Source: Bellilinea sp.
GTDB lineage: Bacteria; Chloroflexota; Anaerolineae; Anaerolineales; Anaerolineaceae
Direction of reading: 5' to 3'
DNA length: 64,000 nt
Assembly (NCBI GenBank): GCA_039666315.1
Contig: JAVSME010000011.1
Coordinates: forward strand, 19,971-83,970
Made by a program: the position numbers and the translations under genes. Shown here piece after piece: positions 39,901 through 46,808 of the stretch. The notes below the pieces were generated by a model, which had not been told where the DNA came from, ran no database searches, and saw only the letters and a program-made list of their open reading frames with translations. Numbering within the stretch: position 1 is the stretch's first letter; each line of letters begins with the position of its first letter.

Positions 39901-40931
39901 TCGTTACGGCGCCGGATCAACGCATTACCCTGTTCAATCAATCAGCAGAGGCGCTGCTTGCAATCAGCACGGGTCAGGTGGTTGGGCAGCCGCTCGAACG
40001 GCTGGCAGCCGCTTTCGAGGGCACCGGCAGCGGTTGGATGCTGACTATCCAACGCTGGTCTGCGCGCGGCATACTGCCTGCCGGGGGTGAAAGTTACGCC
40101 GAGCAGATCACGCTGCAAAACGGGCGCGTGCTGGCAATTCATCTCGCGCCGGTGGTGTGGCGCTCGGAATTTCTTGGCACCGTCTCGATTGTGCGCGACA
40201 TCACCCATCTGGTGCAGGTTGACCGGCTCAAGTCGGAGTTCATTGCCAATGTGTCGCACGAATTGCGCACGCCCTTGACCTCGATCAAGGGCTACACCGA
40301 TATTTTACTAATGGGCGCGGGCGGCGAATTGACTGAAAAACAAGTTCATTTCATCAACATTTTGCGCGAAAACGCCGAACGTCTGACGGTCCTGGTCAAT
40401 GACCTGCTGGATGTCTCGCGCATGCAATCCGGCAAGGTGATGCTCGAGGCGCAACGATTGGATGCGATCCAATTGGCGCGCGAGGTGATCGAGGAGATGC
40501 ACCAGCGTTCCAAAGAAAGTCAAAAACCAATGACCTTTAACCTGGAGGCGCCGGAAGACCTGCCCGCCGCGCGGGGTGATCGCGAGCGGACGTTGCAGGT
40601 GTTGAGCAGCCTGGTAACCAACGCATTCAATTTCACCCCCGAAAATGGAAGGGTGGTTATCCGCCTCTCGGCGCAGGAACAAGCACTGCAGATAGACGTG
40701 ATTGATAACGGGATCGGCATTCCCCTGAAAGATCACGAGCGAATTTTCGACCGGTTTTATCGGGGTGAAAACCCGCTGGTTATGGCGACCCCCGGAACCG
40801 GTTTGGGGCTGGCGTTATCGAAAATCCTGGTCGAAATGCAGGAAGGGTGCATTTGGTTTACTTCCACCGGCGTGCCCGGTGATGGCAGTACCTTCTCGTT
40901 TACACTCCCACGATACCCCCCGGAAGGTTGA
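33987..40931 (+). CDS. Giant sensor histidine kinase: TM, PAS-like, about 10 GAF, PAS, HisKA, HATPase
   Basis: Ten 'Q(A/V).A..N..L' GAF-terminal helices, H-box SHELRTPLTSI, DNGIGI and GTGLGL G-boxes. Confidence 0.93.
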   Translation: MALNDPWVLGVVIAGSGLLFWAAAALILRWLLHPHTAATPAPENIPSLEDFGGQALLVIQPGGRLVWISSAARQIFDVKDGETPNLERLGRLTRPASALFNLCAQDGQARLIIEGKPVDGLSFLIPLKPAGLRVVSLRQPEAVSAIAASPDGALSAQTTQVFIELTQTMAASLDLEDTLFSILENLDRILPADFREITVYDADTRTFIPYRMQVQADGDRQLVIASERYPHGEGLSGALARERQPLLIADLDNAPELTPMIDRRKFPLRSFLGVPLMMGQELIGTLELASFTTDTFHPQDRDLLALISGQAAVAIHNALLYRQEQRRLAELNGLAQLTQAFSSVRDSKELFERLVNAIQSLVKVRILGFLLFNETTHTLEGQAPFAGIPDQFLEYYRIPVPPGSLLEKTLLDQDVLISDNAGEDDRWLELGLQPAAITAGLKDAVMMPLAVSGRVLGYLQAANHHEEGATFNQEELHLMMIVANQVAPIIDNAALVQQSRQRAQRAEGLRRIASLASSAATLDEMFKYSLQELAHLLQADLATAFLLDQNRVTLQLHRPSRYGESSEIPERLTRLLAEDAQFPFTAAGSQHTFRLNHSVEEKPVVPFYQQLIQSWKIESLIIVPLVVRDEGIGEVWIASRQPNFFDPGDVQLMATAAGQLAGVVERNYLLMQTDETLRRRVEQMTSLTRVTRELSTSLDLKYLLQLVYDEALRTTRADCGSILFFDLDQTYGDIPQIRFSVGDSPPAALSPLEQQVISSRMAYLLRDMQNPDYQLPHEGVQVALMVPIYHQDKPGGLIILHAVEADRFDESAMDIAQSLAAQATIALSNAVNYEEQTRRGTLLKRQLDTLGELFQVTNFLRPDQPLERALEAIAQAIVDATPFRAVLVSAYDSGARGLRRLAYKGLSPETWSEISSRVQPWRGVQQLLQEEYRIGGLYFIPADKQPLVPEDVHTLTILPTTAQEAENLWNADDFLLAPLYDPQGQPLGLISVDDPRDARRPDRPTLDALEIFAVQAALLLENHRYMDSLKSDLAAAQQDSHHLNEAAQSAREQVPMLLHRQVEQTVEIRRLYRQFERVRAGLDIAAYASQQRDTRAALISMGRALVEHFGWQTALVAEGSRQGARLIEVIGSLPVGANPEALFGQRNPLRQALVDGKLLLVNQVDGLAGWQNTPLLNGLAAQSFAVFPFEISSERRGAVLICGSQAAAPFDDEDYQIYDQLCRQVSVSLQNLELLAETRRRLGEVDLLLEFSRKLGTLDPLSILTTLLESTLQAIPAVDAGWVGLLDEGNYQLQPLAAQGYTNPADLIAIRYALERTPPPLPVQVVLSGQPLRARDIQFAQDYNLSAEDLIRYREATRGRLPVSALVTPIRLVERSMGVLVLESFDLAEGFSVDNENLALSLAQQTALALENARLFGSIEQRTSQLQALTQVSAMITSSLQSDALIASLLDQLQQVVPFDTATLWLRSADLIRVAEARGFEDEESRIGLTARVEDSALFQEMSRTALAISVPDVRGDDRFTKLLVPEYLSWLGIPLVAKAELIGVIALEKRDANFYRDDFIQAAMTFAGQAAVALDNARLFEESQRRAGELDQRSSRLALLNRFSSDLGVSLDVRHILNLTCERLSGALDVARVAAALLHEDDEIIVVSENPPAEGHLPLRLPSTPIVEQVRETQGVFNTENIEQESGLEGWKPYLTSRGVRALVIIPMVTGQDLQGWLLLQSEQARRFSAQEIELARTISNQAIIALQNARRFEEIRQLKEALEQRVEERTAALSREHRKSQTMLKVTTELSASLDIQQVLTRSLSVLNEAMEVEESLILRDAGRLVVRAGGKPLESTSAESENSLERQIHRWLMRVKKPAMIADVHQDSRWQMDTDNPPAYHSIAAIPLILGEESLGSLFLLKQQRDYFNEEQLHVLEGVARQIAITLNNAELFTLIRDQAENLGGMLRDQQIEASRSRGILEAVADGVIVTAPDQRITLFNQSAEALLAISTGQVVGQPLERLAAAFEGTGSGWMLTIQRWSARGILPAGGESYAEQITLQNGRVLAIHLAPVVWRSEFLGTVSIVRDITHLVQVDRLKSEFIANVSHELRTPLTSIKGYTDILLMGAGGELTEKQVHFINILRENAERLTVLVNDLLDVSRMQSGKVMLEAQRLDAIQLAREVIEEMHQRSKESQKPMTFNLEAPEDLPAARGDRERTLQVLSSLVTNAFNFTPENGRVVIRLSAQEQALQIDVIDNGIGIPLKDHERIFDRFYRGENPLVMATPGTGLGLALSKILVEMQEGCIWFTSTGVPGDGSTFSFTLPRYPPEG

Positions 40932-40937
40932 ATAAAA

Positions 40938-41312
40938 ATGGCGAAGATCCTGGTTGTTGAAGATGAACGTGATATCCGTGAGTTGCTGGCATTTACCCTC
41001 CAATTTGCCGGGCATCAGGTTGTCACGGTTTCCAACGGCGAGGAAGCCTGGCATTCCGCTCCGCAGGTGATGCCGGACATGATCTTAATGGATGTGCGTA
41101 TGCCCCGCATGACCGGCTTCGAAGCCTGTCAACGCATCAAAGCCGATCCGCAGCTCAAGCATATCCCGGTGGTATTTCTCTCCGCCAAAGGGCAGGAAGC
41201 CGAAATCCAGGCTGGGCTGCACGCGGGGGCATCTGAATACCTGCTCAAGCCATTTGCGCCGGATGAACTGTCCCGTAAAGTTAACGAACTGTTGGAACGT
41301 TTTGCAAAGTAA
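40938..41312 (+). CDS. Single-domain response regulator
   Basis: VVEDE, MDVRMP, FLSA, LLKPF. 124 aa with no output domain. Confidence 0.93.
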   Translation: MAKILVVEDERDIRELLAFTLQFAGHQVVTVSNGEEAWHSAPQVMPDMILMDVRMPRMTGFEACQRIKADPQLKHIPVVFLSAKGQEAEIQAGLHAGASEYLLKPFAPDELSRKVNELLERFAK

Positions 41313-41318
41313 AACACC

Positions 41319-42104
41319 ATGAGCGCAATTCTGATTGATCAAGACATCATCCATTACGAAGTGCTCGGACGCGGCAAACCGATCCTCTTTTTGCATTCAT
41401 GGGTAGGTTCCTGGCGTTATTGGATTCCGATGATGCAAGCCGCCTCGGTGGGGTATCGCGCTTATGCCCTCGACCTGTATGGTTTTGGCGACAGCGCTAA
41501 AAACAACCGTTACTCCCTGGAAGCACAGACGGGCTTGGTGTCCGGATTTTTGGATAAATTGGGTATGGGGCGGGTAGCGGTGATTGGGCACGGCTTGGGC
41601 GCGCTGGTTGGGCTGATCTTTGCTTTGCGTCAATCCAGCGTGGTTGATCGGGTTATGGCGGTTGGCTTCCCGCTTGAGCATGGGATGATTAACAACCGCC
41701 TGCGCAGCGCGCCGGCGGTTGAACTGGCGGAAAGTATACTGGGAAAAACTACCTTGACGGAACCGGTCGTGACGGATGCAGCCAAGACCGACCCGCAAGC
41801 CATAGCCGGTTCGTTGAGCGATATTGCCCAGCAGTATGCCGCCGGTTTATGGGCAAAACTGAACACTGCCTGCCTGTTGGTGCATGGTGGTAAGGACAAT
41901 CTGGTGCCGCCGCCGCGCCCGGAACAGATCAGCAGCCTGCCCGAAAATGCTCACCTGATCCAATTCGAGGAAGGCGGACATTTTGTCATGCTGGAGGATA
42001 GCAGTAAGTTCAACCGGCTGATGAACGATTTTCTTGCGCTGCCATCGGGCGAAAGTCCGCAGCAATTGCAGCTCAAGGAGGAGTGGAAGCGGCGGGTGCG
42101 CTGA
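41319..42104 (+). CDS. Alpha/beta hydrolase-fold protein lacking the nucleophile serine
   Basis: Paralog of 30215-31015 (HYEV.GRGKP, YALD..GFG.S.K) but with GHGLGA in place of GHSMGG. Confidence 0.85.
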   Translation: MSAILIDQDIIHYEVLGRGKPILFLHSWVGSWRYWIPMMQAASVGYRAYALDLYGFGDSAKNNRYSLEAQTGLVSGFLDKLGMGRVAVIGHGLGALVGLIFALRQSSVVDRVMAVGFPLEHGMINNRLRSAPAVELAESILGKTTLTEPVVTDAAKTDPQAIAGSLSDIAQQYAAGLWAKLNTACLLVHGGKDNLVPPPRPEQISSLPENAHLIQFEEGGHFVMLEDSSKFNRLMNDFLALPSGESPQQLQLKEEWKRRVR

Positions 42105-42123
42105 ATGATGCGCCTGGAGGGTC

Positions 42124-42990
42124 TTATAATGCCGGCGCTACCTGGTCTATAAAAGTCTTCAGGCTGCGTTCGCGCGCGCCTTGCGTTTCTGCCGCGCAAG
42201 ATAGGATCACCGAATCCACGCCCGCCCGGTTGTATTCATGCAAAGTCGCCGCGATTTGGGCGGGAGAACCACTCAGCGCGCCGGGTTGGCTGCCGGCAGG
42301 GGCATCAAAATCCAGCCTGGCGCGCACACAAACCGAAAAGGGGCGCGCGCCGAGCAGGTTTTTCACGCTATGGAGAGCATCGGCGATAGCCTGGGGTTGT
42401 TGACCGTTGGGATGCCACCCGTCGGCGTAATAAACAGCCCGTTTCAGGGCAGCCGGTGAATCGCCGGCAACCCAAATGGGCGGTCCGCCTGCCTGAACCG
42501 GCGGCGGGGAGAGCACCACCTGCTCGAATTTGTAGAACTGCCCACTGAAGGATATCACTTTACCCCCGCGCCACAAGGTGCGCAGCACTTGCAGGGCTTC
42601 GTTCATGCGTTTGCCGCGGTTACGGAAGTTGTAGCCAAGGTTGGCGTATTCACCTGCCGACCACCCAATCCCGGCGGCAAGGATTACCCTTCCTCCGCTC
42701 AGCGCATCCAGCGTTGCCAGTTGCTTGCCAACCTCCAATGGGTTGCGCTGCGGCAGCACCAGGGCGGATATGCCCAGCCGGACTCGTCGTGTGCTGGCAG
42801 CCAGGTAACTGAGTGTGGTGACGGCTTCGAAAATATGCCCAAACCGGTTGGCGTCTGCTTGCGGCAGAGCGAGGTGATCGGTTACCCATACCGAATCGAA
42901 TCCCAACTCTTCGGCAGCCAGGGCGGTGTCCAGGATTGCGTATCGCGTGGCATATTTTCCATAAGTTGGGAGAACAACGCCAAAATTCAT
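42124..42990 (-). CDS. LLM-class (luciferase-like, possibly F420-dependent) oxidoreductase
   Basis: AEELGFDSVWVTDH, LATLDALSGGR, PPIWVAG, ADGW. Confidence 0.88.
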   Translation of the reverse strand: MNFGVVLPTYGKYATRYAILDTALAAEELGFDSVWVTDHLALPQADANRFGHIFEAVTTLSYLAASTRRVRLGISALVLPQRNPLEVGKQLATLDALSGGRVILAAGIGWSAGEYANLGYNFRNRGKRMNEALQVLRTLWRGGKVISFSGQFYKFEQVVLSPPPVQAGGPPIWVAGDSPAALKRAVYYADGWHPNGQQPQAIADALHSVKNLLGARPFSVCVRARLDFDAPAGSQPGALSGSPAQIAATLHEYNRAGVDSVILSCAAETQGARERSLKTFIDQVAPAL

Positions 42991-43076
42991 TCAATTCCCT
43001 CCTTGCGTACAGCCCTCCCGCCATCCGGACAGACGGCGGGAGGGTGGGTGGTGGGTAAACGAAACCGGAGCGCGGA

Positions 43077-44579
43077 TTAGAAACCGTAAATATCGCTATA
43101 CTTGCTGCGCAGGTAACGAACATACGGCTGCGGGTCAATCTTTGAGCCAGTAACGCGCTGCACCAGTTCCTGCGGTTCGTATTTCGATCCGTGGGCATGG
43201 ATTTTCTCGCGCAGCCAGCCGAGCAGGGCGGAGAATTCACCGCGCGCGATCTGATCTTCCAGGTCGGGAATGTCGGCGCGCAGCCTTTCCCACAACTGGA
43301 CGGAGATCAGGTTACCGAGCGCGTAGGTGGGGAAGTAGCCGATCATCCCGCCGGACCAATGAATATCCTGCAGAACGCCCAGCCGGTCGTTGGGAGGGGT
43401 GACGCCCAGATACTCGCGCATACGGCTGTTCCAGGCTTCGGGCAGGTCTTTGACTTCCAATGCGCCTTCCATCAAGGCGATTTCCAGTTCCAGGCGCAGC
43501 ATAACGTGCAGGTTATAGGTGGCTTCGTCGGCTTCGACCCGCACAAGTGAGGGTTCGACCTTGTTGATGGCTTTGTAGAAGGCTTCCATGTCCACGTTGC
43601 CCAATTGCTGTGGGTAGTATTCCTGCAAGCGGGGGTAGAAGAAGCGCCAGAATGGGCGCGATCGCCCGACCAGGTTCTCCCACATGCGCGACTGGGATTC
43701 GTGCACCGCTAAAGAAGCGGGGCTGCCCAGCGCAGTGCGCCGCCTTTCCCAGGCAATTCCCTGCTGGTACATGGCGTGCCCGGCTTCGTGCATGCTGCTG
43801 AACATGGCCGAAGTCATCTGGTTTTCAATCACCCGGGTGGTGATGCGCACATCGCGGATGCCGAAATTGGCGGTAAACGGGTGCGCCGAGCGGTCCTGGC
43901 GTCCGGCTTCCCAGTCGAAACCGAAGCGGGTGATCACATCCACGCCAAAATCCCATTGTTTTTTGTCCTCGTAATTCAGGCGCAAAAAGGAATCGTCCAC
44001 CTGCGGACGGGCAGCGATTGCCTGAATAATTTCAACCTGCTGCGGGCGCAGTTGATTGAAAATCTGCTGTACGTCGGCGGTTTTCAAGCCGGGTTCAAAG
44101 TCGTCCAATAGTGGGTCGTAGACATGGTCGTAGGGGGTAAAATAACCGGCGTATTCGCGGCGCAGTTCAACGATTTTCTCCAGGTGCGGCTTGAACATGG
44201 AGAAGTTCGATTCGCTGCGCGCTTTAACCCAGGCGCCTTGCGCCAGGGTGGTAACGCGCGCAAATTCCGCTACTCTTTCCGCCGGAATGCGGGTTTGTTT
44301 GTCGTAGCTCTTTTTGACCTCGCGAATGGTGCGGGCAACTTCTGAATCCGGGTCCAGCGACTGACCGTACGGGACCAGATCGGCGAGCAAGCGACCAATC
44401 TCATCCGAGGTGGAAAGTTCGTGGACGAACTTCGATAAAGTTGCCATTTGTTCGCCGCGTTCTTCAGCGGCTTTGGGGGGCATGTAGGTCTGTTGGTCCC
44501 AGCCCATCAGCCCGCCCGCCATGGATAAATCCCAAATGGTGGCGATTTTTTCGTTCAATTGCTTCAATTTTTCTTCCAT
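43077..44579 (-). CDS. M32 family thermostable carboxypeptidase
   Basis: HPF, DVRITTR, HEAGH, HESQS, VRVEADE, GYFPTYALG. Confidence 0.96.
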   Translation of the reverse strand: MEEKLKQLNEKIATIWDLSMAGGLMGWDQQTYMPPKAAEERGEQMATLSKFVHELSTSDEIGRLLADLVPYGQSLDPDSEVARTIREVKKSYDKQTRIPAERVAEFARVTTLAQGAWVKARSESNFSMFKPHLEKIVELRREYAGYFTPYDHVYDPLLDDFEPGLKTADVQQIFNQLRPQQVEIIQAIAARPQVDDSFLRLNYEDKKQWDFGVDVITRFGFDWEAGRQDRSAHPFTANFGIRDVRITTRVIENQMTSAMFSSMHEAGHAMYQQGIAWERRRTALGSPASLAVHESQSRMWENLVGRSRPFWRFFYPRLQEYYPQQLGNVDMEAFYKAINKVEPSLVRVEADEATYNLHVMLRLELEIALMEGALEVKDLPEAWNSRMREYLGVTPPNDRLGVLQDIHWSGGMIGYFPTYALGNLISVQLWERLRADIPDLEDQIARGEFSALLGWLREKIHAHGSKYEPQELVQRVTGSKIDPQPYVRYLRSKYSDIYGF

Positions 44580-44657
44580 AGACTATTCCTTTCGAAAAAG
44601 CAGGAATTAAACAGCGGGGTTTCGGTGAGAAACCCCGCCGCTAATTGTACTGGATAA

Positions 44658-45599
44658 TCAAGCAACTTTCCAGCGCAATGGATCGCCTTTGAGGGCAGCC
44701 AGCACTTCGGTAGCAATGTCCTCGGCGGCGCGGATTTGCGCCTCAGCCGTCTGAGCGCCAATATGTGGAACGGCGATTACCCGCGGATGTGCGACAAGCG
44801 GGGTCAAACCTGGCGGTTCGGTGGCGAACACATCCAGACCAGCTGCCGCGACCTTTCCGGATTCAAGCGCAGCCAGCAGCGCTGCTTCGTCTATCACGCC
44901 GCCGCGAGCGGCGCAAATGATGCGCACGCCGTCTTTCATTTTGGCGAAGGCGGCTGCGTCGAGCAGATTGCGGGAATCGGCTGTCAGGGGGATGTGGAGG
45001 GTAATGATGTCTGATTGAGCCAGCAATTCATCCAGCGTAACCGGTTTGCCGCCGCGCTGCTGAATTTCTTCTGCCGGGATGAGCGGATCGTAGCCCAGAA
45101 TGGTCATATCGAAGGCAGCCGCCCGCTGAGCCACAGCCGCGCCAATGCGCCCAAAGCCAACCACGCCCAGGGTCTTCTTCCACAATTCGCCGCCTTCCAT
45201 TTCCTTTTTGAGCCATTTTCCGGCTTTCATGGCGGCATCCCCGCGTGGAATCTCCCGCACGACCGCCAGCATCAATGCGAGGGTTAATTCCGCTACAGCA
45301 AGGGTGGTAGCGGTTGGCGAGTTGACTACAGTGACTCCGTGGGCTTTAGCGGCGCTTAGGTCAATGTTATCCACCCCAACGCCAGCCCTGCCAACAACTT
45401 TCATCTTTTTGGCAGCCTCGAAAACCGGCGGGGTGACTTTGGTTCTCCCGCGCACGATCAGGGCATCGTACTCGCCGACGATTTGCAGCAAGTCGTCCGC
45501 CGAAATGCCGGAACGATTGTCCACCGCGGCGAATTGCCTTAAAATTTCCTGCCCATTTTCTTCCAGCCCATCGGTCAGCAAGATTTTCCATCCACTCAT
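44658..45599 (-). CDS. serA: D-3-phosphoglycerate dehydrogenase-like 2-hydroxyacid dehydrogenase (short form)
   Basis: GRAGVGVDNID, GFGRIG, ARGG, DVF..EP, PHIGAQT.EAQ. No ACT domain. Confidence 0.75.
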   Translation of the reverse strand: MSGWKILLTDGLEENGQEILRQFAAVDNRSGISADDLLQIVGEYDALIVRGRTKVTPPVFEAAKKMKVVGRAGVGVDNIDLSAAKAHGVTVVNSPTATTLAVAELTLALMLAVVREIPRGDAAMKAGKWLKKEMEGGELWKKTLGVVGFGRIGAAVAQRAAAFDMTILGYDPLIPAEEIQQRGGKPVTLDELLAQSDIITLHIPLTADSRNLLDAAAFAKMKDGVRIICAARGGVIDEAALLAALESGKVAAAGLDVFATEPPGLTPLVAHPRVIAVPHIGAQTAEAQIRAAEDIATEVLAALKGDPLRWKVA

Positions 45600-45750
45600 G
45601 ACAGGTTCTCCTTAACGTTCGTTTGTGTTTAAGTGACTAAGAGAAATATTAAGAACTTCCCCCGCTGTCATTGTACCTTAACTTGCGCGGGTATTTTCTG
45701 AATTGAGATGAATATCATCCTGGAAACCTGATGAATATCCATGCGCTGGT

Positions 45751-46203
45751 TCAGGGTTCCATCTCGTCGAGCAATGCCAGGCAGGTGTTATCGGTTTCGT
45801 TGGGTTGGTATGCCGTCCCGAACCAAGCAGTGAGGATTTCGCGGGCGGTGGCTTCGGTGGTAAGGCGCAGCGACAGGCAGAGTATGTTGGCATTGTTCCA
45901 CAGGCGCGCGCCGCGCGCGGTTTCTGCATCCACGCACAGCGCAGCGCGAATACCCCTGACTTTATTCGCCGCCAGACTGACCCCGGTGCCAGTCCAGCAG
46001 AAAAGAATGCCCTCGTCCGCATCGCCGCCGGCGACTGCCTGAGCCACCCGGCGAGCAACCGAGGGCCAATAATTTTCGCTGACTGGCGGATTTTGTCCGC
46101 TTTGGGGTCCTGTGTAATTTACCTGGTAGCCGCGCTTTTTCAGTTCTGCCAGGACAAAATCAACCACATGGTTGCGCTCGTCAGTGCCTACCGCCAATTT
46201 CAT
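45751..46203 (-). CDS. RpiB/LacA/LacB sugar-phosphate isomerase
   Basis: GILFCWTGTG, AANKVRGIRAA, NNANIL. Confidence 0.88.
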   Translation of the reverse strand: MKLAVGTDERNHVVDFVLAELKKRGYQVNYTGPQSGQNPPVSENYWPSVARRVAQAVAGGDADEGILFCWTGTGVSLAANKVRGIRAALCVDAETARGARLWNNANILCLSLRLTTEATAREILTAWFGTAYQPNETDNTCLALLDEMEP

Positions 46204-46232
46204 CTCGTGCCTCCTGTGTTAGAATTTCACCT

Positions 46233-46808
46233 GTGAATTTTACGATTCATCCGCGATTATTGCAATCCGAGCCAATGCGCCGCTGCCAGTTGGAAGAATG
46301 CCGCGCAGCGTGCTGTCTGTATGGCGTTTGGCTGGATGAAGCCGAATGGCAGGACATTCAGGCGCACGCCGCTCTGATCGCCGGTCACATGCCGGCGGAT
46401 TTGCGCGACCCGGCATGGTGGCTGGATGGCAGAACCGATGCCGATCCGCATTCGCGCAGCGGGCGGGTGGTTCACAGCCGGGTGCTGCCGGATGGGCAGC
46501 ATTACGGCGGCTCGGCGTGCGTCTTTCTCAGGGAAGATTGTAAGTGCGCGCTGCAGGTTGCTGGCCAGGCGGCAGGCTGCCATCCCTGGCGCTTCAAACC
46601 GTTTTACTGCATTCTGCATCCGCTCGATCTGGATGAGCAAGGGCGCATTACGCTCGACCGGATTGAGGAATTATTGACGGAAGCGGGCAGCTGCCTGCGC
46701 GCGCATCGGGTTGAACAACCGCTGGTAAAGGTCTTCGAGTCCGAACTGCGCTATCTGCTTGGCGACCAGCGTTATGACGAAATTTGCCTCCAGGTTAAGG
46801 AAGGTTGA
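46233..46808 (+). CDS. Cys-rich DUF3109/YkgJ-like metal-cluster protein
   Basis: C...C.AACC.YG, ACVFL...CAL, KPFYC.LHP. Confidence 0.7.
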   Translation: MNFTIHPRLLQSEPMRRCQLEECRAACCLYGVWLDEAEWQDIQAHAALIAGHMPADLRDPAWWLDGRTDADPHSRSGRVVHSRVLPDGQHYGGSACVFLREDCKCALQVAGQAAGCHPWRFKPFYCILHPLDLDEQGRITLDRIEELLTEAGSCLRAHRVEQPLVKVFESELRYLLGDQRYDEICLQVKEG

